Part shown: positions 47,838 through 52,340 of the stretch, one piece after another
Position numbering within the stretch: the stretch's first letter is position 1
Layout of the letters: every line of letters starts with the position of its first letter
From: Octopus bimaculoides
Lineage: Eukaryota
NCBI RefSeq assembly: GCF_001194135.2
Contig: NC_068988.1
Coordinates: 34,949,442-35,001,781 of the forward strand
DNA length: 52,340 nt
Direction of reading: 5' to 3'
Notes under the pieces: model-generated
What the model was told of the DNA's origin: nothing
The model's input: only the letters and a program-made list of their open reading frames with translations
Database searches by the model: none
Made by a program: the position numbers and the translations under genes

Positions 47838-49839
47838 TTAATATTTGAGAAAAGATTTGGTTGATTTTTATCATCTTTTGTGCTGCAATGATTCTTTGTT
47901 AATCCAGGATTTATGAAAAGTAAATCGGATTCCAGCAAAATTTGAATTCAAAAGCATAAAAGGTTGCAAAAATGTTTCAAGATATTTGAAACTTTCTCCT
48001 TAGAATCCTACCTGTTTTGCCAGCTGATTGATACCCATGTGCTAGCAGAAGAAGCAAGTAAAAGATCTTCTTAGAGTTGTGTACATAAGTATTAAAAGGA
48101 ATTATACAAAATTAATCTATGTAACTTTAACCCTTTTGATCTAAACTTCCTCAATAATACCCTCTTATTTTTTTATACTAAATCACCTTTCTTAAATACT
48201 TTATATTTAAATTAGACTCTTCCATCTCAGTTTTAAAAGCTATTTGTTAACTTTCATTTCAAACATCTGATTAGTGATGGCAAGTTTATTTATTCCTTTC
48301 CTACATCTCTACATATTTCTGAATAGAAAAAAAATGGGTCATGTATTTCATTAAGAAAATAGTGACAGTATAGTTGTATTCTATCATTTTATTCCAGTTA
48401 CCTAGTGAGTTAAAACATTCACATAACCCCACTAATGCAGGTCGCCATGCACACACACACACACCCATGTTACATAACAGCCAGCTGTCTTTTTGTAGTG
48501 TGGCTTGGTAATATTTACCATGCTTTTGCTTTTTGTTTCAGATATGTTTGTTGTTGTGACTATGCACAGATACCCTCTTGACCTTCTTACCTTTATAAAT
48601 AGAGGGAAACAGGGCTACTCTAACACCCTTCTGATACTCAATTTCAGCTGAGTAGACTGGAGCAATGTGAAATGTAGTACTTTTCTCAAGGACACAATGC
48701 AGTACCCAGTCAAAGAACTGAATCCACCACATTATAATCACGAGCCAAATATCCTTAACTACTAGGCAATACAAAAGAACCTATCAATTTATTATCTCTG
48801 TTAATTAAGCACATCTAATACTTTTTTAAAGTATTTAAATCAACCCATCTTTGGTAGGTTATCATTTTATTAAACATAAACTAACAATAGCAAAAAACAC
48901 TCAAACCAAATGCGTCTTGTAAAATGGTCTCAACCTAAACATAATCTTGATGTTGAAGAAAAGTTTTCTTTGTTATTATTAGGACTGAGTATTTACCAAA
49001 GATTTGATGCTTAAATTTACTTGTGGCACATTTGCAAATTTCTGTCCAAAAAACGCCCTTCCATAATTCATAATTGGTTCCTTGTAGACTATAAATAGAG
49101 CTTTATTTTTTCTTATTTTTACCAGAATATGAAGATTTGCATTGCAAGCAAGAGGAGTCAATGACCCCCAACCAGGCAAAGGAAAGTATAGGTAGAGAAT
49201 TAGATCCCCTTTAGTATATTACCAGCTCTCATTTTCTCGATCCTGAAGAGAAATGACGGACACAGTTAACATAGGTGAGATTTGAACAGATCCGAATATT
49301 GCAATATTCTTGTTTCTGCACCTTACCACTTCTAATAATAAATACCAACATAAAGTCAAGAAAACACTATATTTGATGGTCCTTACTTAATTCATTGCCT
49401 GTCCTGTGTATTACATGTGCTACACAGGACATATTTCCCTGGCGTACCTGCATCATATATGATACACATTCCTAATTTTTACCAACTTGCAGTTTAAAAA
49501 GGAAAGCTTTTTATTACTCAGAACATGAGAAAGAAGGGCCAACTAAATGTTTTAAAGCAAGTATGGACATTTAGAATGAAATTACGAAAATACTTTGGAA
49601 AGGCAAAGAGTTAATTTTTGTTTATTGTCTAAGTCAATCAATGGGTAATTTTTTTTTTTAGAACTAGGGCTCTAGTTTATTGCTGGTGACATTCCACAAA
49701 AATCCACATCGCCATTCATCCCAGTCTTAAGATCAGTTAGAATGTAATGTCACATGACCTAATATAATAAGAAAACATCTTTTATTTGTTTCTATCATTG
49801 GGCTGCAGCCAAGCAGGGGCTCTACCCTCAAGTCTTTTT

Positions 49840-50145
49840 TTTAGTTGAACAAATTGACTCCAGTACTTTTTTTCTTTTTTCAAATGTCTGGTACTTATTC
49901 TATCGGTCTCTTTTTTGACAAAACTGATGAGCTGCAGGCACAAAATGAAACAACACCAGTTATCAAGTGTTGCGAGAAGAAACAAACACACACATGCATG
50001 GGCTTCTTTAGTCTGTCTACCAAATGCACTCACAAGGCTTTGATCAGCTCTGTGCTATTGAAGAAGACATTTGCCCAAAGTGCCACATAGTGGGACTGAA
50101 TCTGAAGCCATGTGATTGGAAAGCAAGCTTCTTACCACCTGGCTA
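49840..50145 (-). mobile_element. SINE family B
   Basis: Reverse of the family B 3' half ('ctggtacttattctatcggtctctt') and head ('ctcacaaggctttg...gaagacatttgcccaaagtgccac...gggactgaa...aagcaagcttcttaccac'). Confidence 0.8.
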
Positions 50146-51499
50146 CATCTACACCAATATAATGTATATAGCAATTCAAACATCTGGAATGTTAACAGGC
50201 TGCCTAATTCATTCTTTCTCTGCTCAGGTTATTTCATCTCTTCTTAAATTATCAATTAAAGGGTTTTTTTTTAATTTTTGCAATGCTATTTTATGAATTT
50301 ATTTATTAAGCTTAGTTGCTTATTAATGTTGACTAATTGGTGTAACATATTTAACTATCTTACTATCTGCTTTCTCAGGACTGCTTGATTTTCTTGGATG
50401 CAGAACTGACAATTTGAAGATGTTTACATATAAATTAAAGCCTTCCATCATATTTTATGGATAAGAAATTTCTTTAAGTTAATTACATTCAGAATGCCAG
50501 TGTGACAATAGAAAAAAAGAAAAAAAATTAATAATTCTTTCAAAATTCTTCATCACTTTCCAACTGAACAAAAAAACAAATGCAAAGTGTTCCCTTAAGT
50601 ACAATTCTCACATAAGGGCTACGACATGAAGGGTTAAAAAGCTAATTAGCAATAACTGATATTAATCAAAAATCAATACTATTTACAATTTCTACAACAA
50701 CTACCATAAACAACTCCATTTGGACATGTTTCTGAATTATTCTGATCTCATTAGCAAACAAAATGTTTAGTCTACTAATGATAAGGCTAAGTTATCATTA
50801 GTACTTTCAGCCATTGATAATCGGGTTATATGCAATAATTATTGTATATCACTCATTTTAAGGTTATTAAAATCATATTTTTCTCTTATGTATATATGTA
50901 ATATTCTTTCTGATGAGCGCCAAATTTCTGCAGCGATTTGTGCTACATAAACCAAAGTTCGCGCTCCACTTTCAATTGATACATATAAAAGAGTTTAATT
51001 TACATTGGTCATGCTTTTTTGTGCTGGGGTGGGGGGCAGGGGCAGGATTACTTCTGTTCCTTTCATACATAATTTCAGCTATATATAATTCATACTTTAT
51101 TTGTGGTATTTTCATTCCTTGTTTTCATCACATTCATTTCATACCTTCAACATATATTTAAGAAACTTTTTACATGCACCATTATTGTTATGCATTCATA
51201 GATATTTTTACTATCTCTTTAAATTGTCAGTCCTTTTTTATTATACAAATTTGTATACTGTATGTGTACACAAATATATATATATATATATATATATAAA
51301 TATATATATAAGAACTGAGATGACTACAAGAGTTACTTAGGGATCTAGAGAGTTATACTAGAAAAGAAAACCCAGGGCCTCTCAGTAAATCTTGTAGTAT
51401 GCTAATTTTGATATAAACAAATATTCCATTTTATATATTGAGTTCTCATAATGTACATGTAACCATTCCTCCACCCACCCACCAACACACATACACACA

Positions 51500-51662
51500 C
51501 ACACACATAGACTGTAAAGTGGTTGGCATTTAGAAGGGCATCCAGTTATAGAAACTATCCAAAGCAGGCACTAGAGCATGATGCTGCCCTAGGACTCATT
51601 GACTCTCATCAAACTGTCCAACCCATGTCATGATGGAACTTGGATGTTAAACGATGTTGATA
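51500..51662 (+). mobile_element. Family E (RTE-X 3' UTR) short copy
   Basis: 'gtggttggcatttagaagggcatccagttatagaaac...ccaacccatgtcatgatggaacttggatgttaaacgatg'. Confidence 0.78.
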
Positions 51663-51961
51663 TATCTATCTGTCTATCTACATGCACAGACATGTACATA
51701 TTTTGTACGTGTAATTTAAGAAATACAGGCTTGTCATGCACTGAGTCATGCTGAATCAGCTTGAGAATTATAGCACTAGTGTAGCAATAATTGGGTACCC
51801 TCCCAGCAGTATACTGGATAGATACTATCCCTTAGTGGGTTGAACCCCCAACCCCTAACTCTCTCACGTTATGTATATTATATATATTTATATATATTAT
51901 ATACATATATATATATACATTATATATATGTATGTATATATATATATATATCATATATATA

Positions 51962-52289
51962 TTTTGAGCGTGGCCGTTGCCAGTACCGCCTGACTGGCTC
52001 CAGTAGGATTTTCGAGCGAGATCGTTGCCAGTGCCCCTGGACTGGCTTGTGCGTGTGGCACATAAAAGACACCATTTCGAGCGTGGCCGTTTTCGTGCGG
52101 GTGACACGTAAAAGCACCCACTACACTCTCTGAGTGGTTGGCGTTAGGAAGGGCATTCAGCTGTAGAAACTCTGCCAAATTAGACTGGAGCCTGGTGTTG
52201 CCATCCGGTTTCACCAGTCCTCAGTCAAATCGTCCAACCCATGCTAGCATGGAAAGCGGACGTTAAACGATGATGATGATGATGATGAT
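51962..52289 (+). mobile_element. Family E (RTE-X 3' UTR), young CpG-rich copy with internal tandem units and (GAT)n tail
   Basis: 'gagcgtggccgttgccagtaccgcctgactggc...gtggttggcgttaggaagggcattcagctgtagaaac...ggaaagcggacgttaaacgatgatgatg'. Confidence 0.92.
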
Positions 52290-52340
52290 ATTTATGTATA
52301 TTATATATATATTATTTTATATCATCATCATCATCATCAT

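Noticed and set aside
49922-49955. CTGATGA...GAAAC at 49924, and a similar one at 16928
   Set aside because: No stem II forms next to the core. The first lies in a mutated family B SINE.

Overview
This is eukaryotic, AT-rich, microsatellite-dense genomic DNA with four N gaps, each with (TA)n on at least one side, as expected for a short-read assembly. The repeat families look like those of octopus (coleoid cephalopod) genomes; I recognised them from memory, not from a database. I found no intact protein-coding gene, rRNA, true tRNA or CRISPR array, and nearly all of the ORF track is microsatellite, gap or antisense-TE artefact. The window is probably intronic or intergenic and is a graveyard of mobile elements. 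Retroelements: two CR1/L2-group LINE relics, several RTE/RTE-X LINE pieces (one contiguous with its long 3' UTR, which explains a family of short repeats), and about 30 copies or fragments of one tRNA-headed SINE plus three other tRNA-headed SINE families. DNA-type elements: TTAA-flanked piggyBac-type MITEs, a mariner deletion derivative, a Helentron-type non-autonomous element and a probable hAT relic. The most unusual observation is a tRNA-headed SINE at 46988-47224 (minus strand). Its 3' half carries a hammerhead-ribozyme-like core (CTGATGA-A-GGCTG..CAGCC-GAAAC) of the minimal type known from Penelope-like elements. Other unexplained structures are an old in-frame ~480-bp duplication, a foldback element enclosing a possible transmembrane + PDZ-motif exon, and a few isolated candidate exons that I could not chain into a gene.
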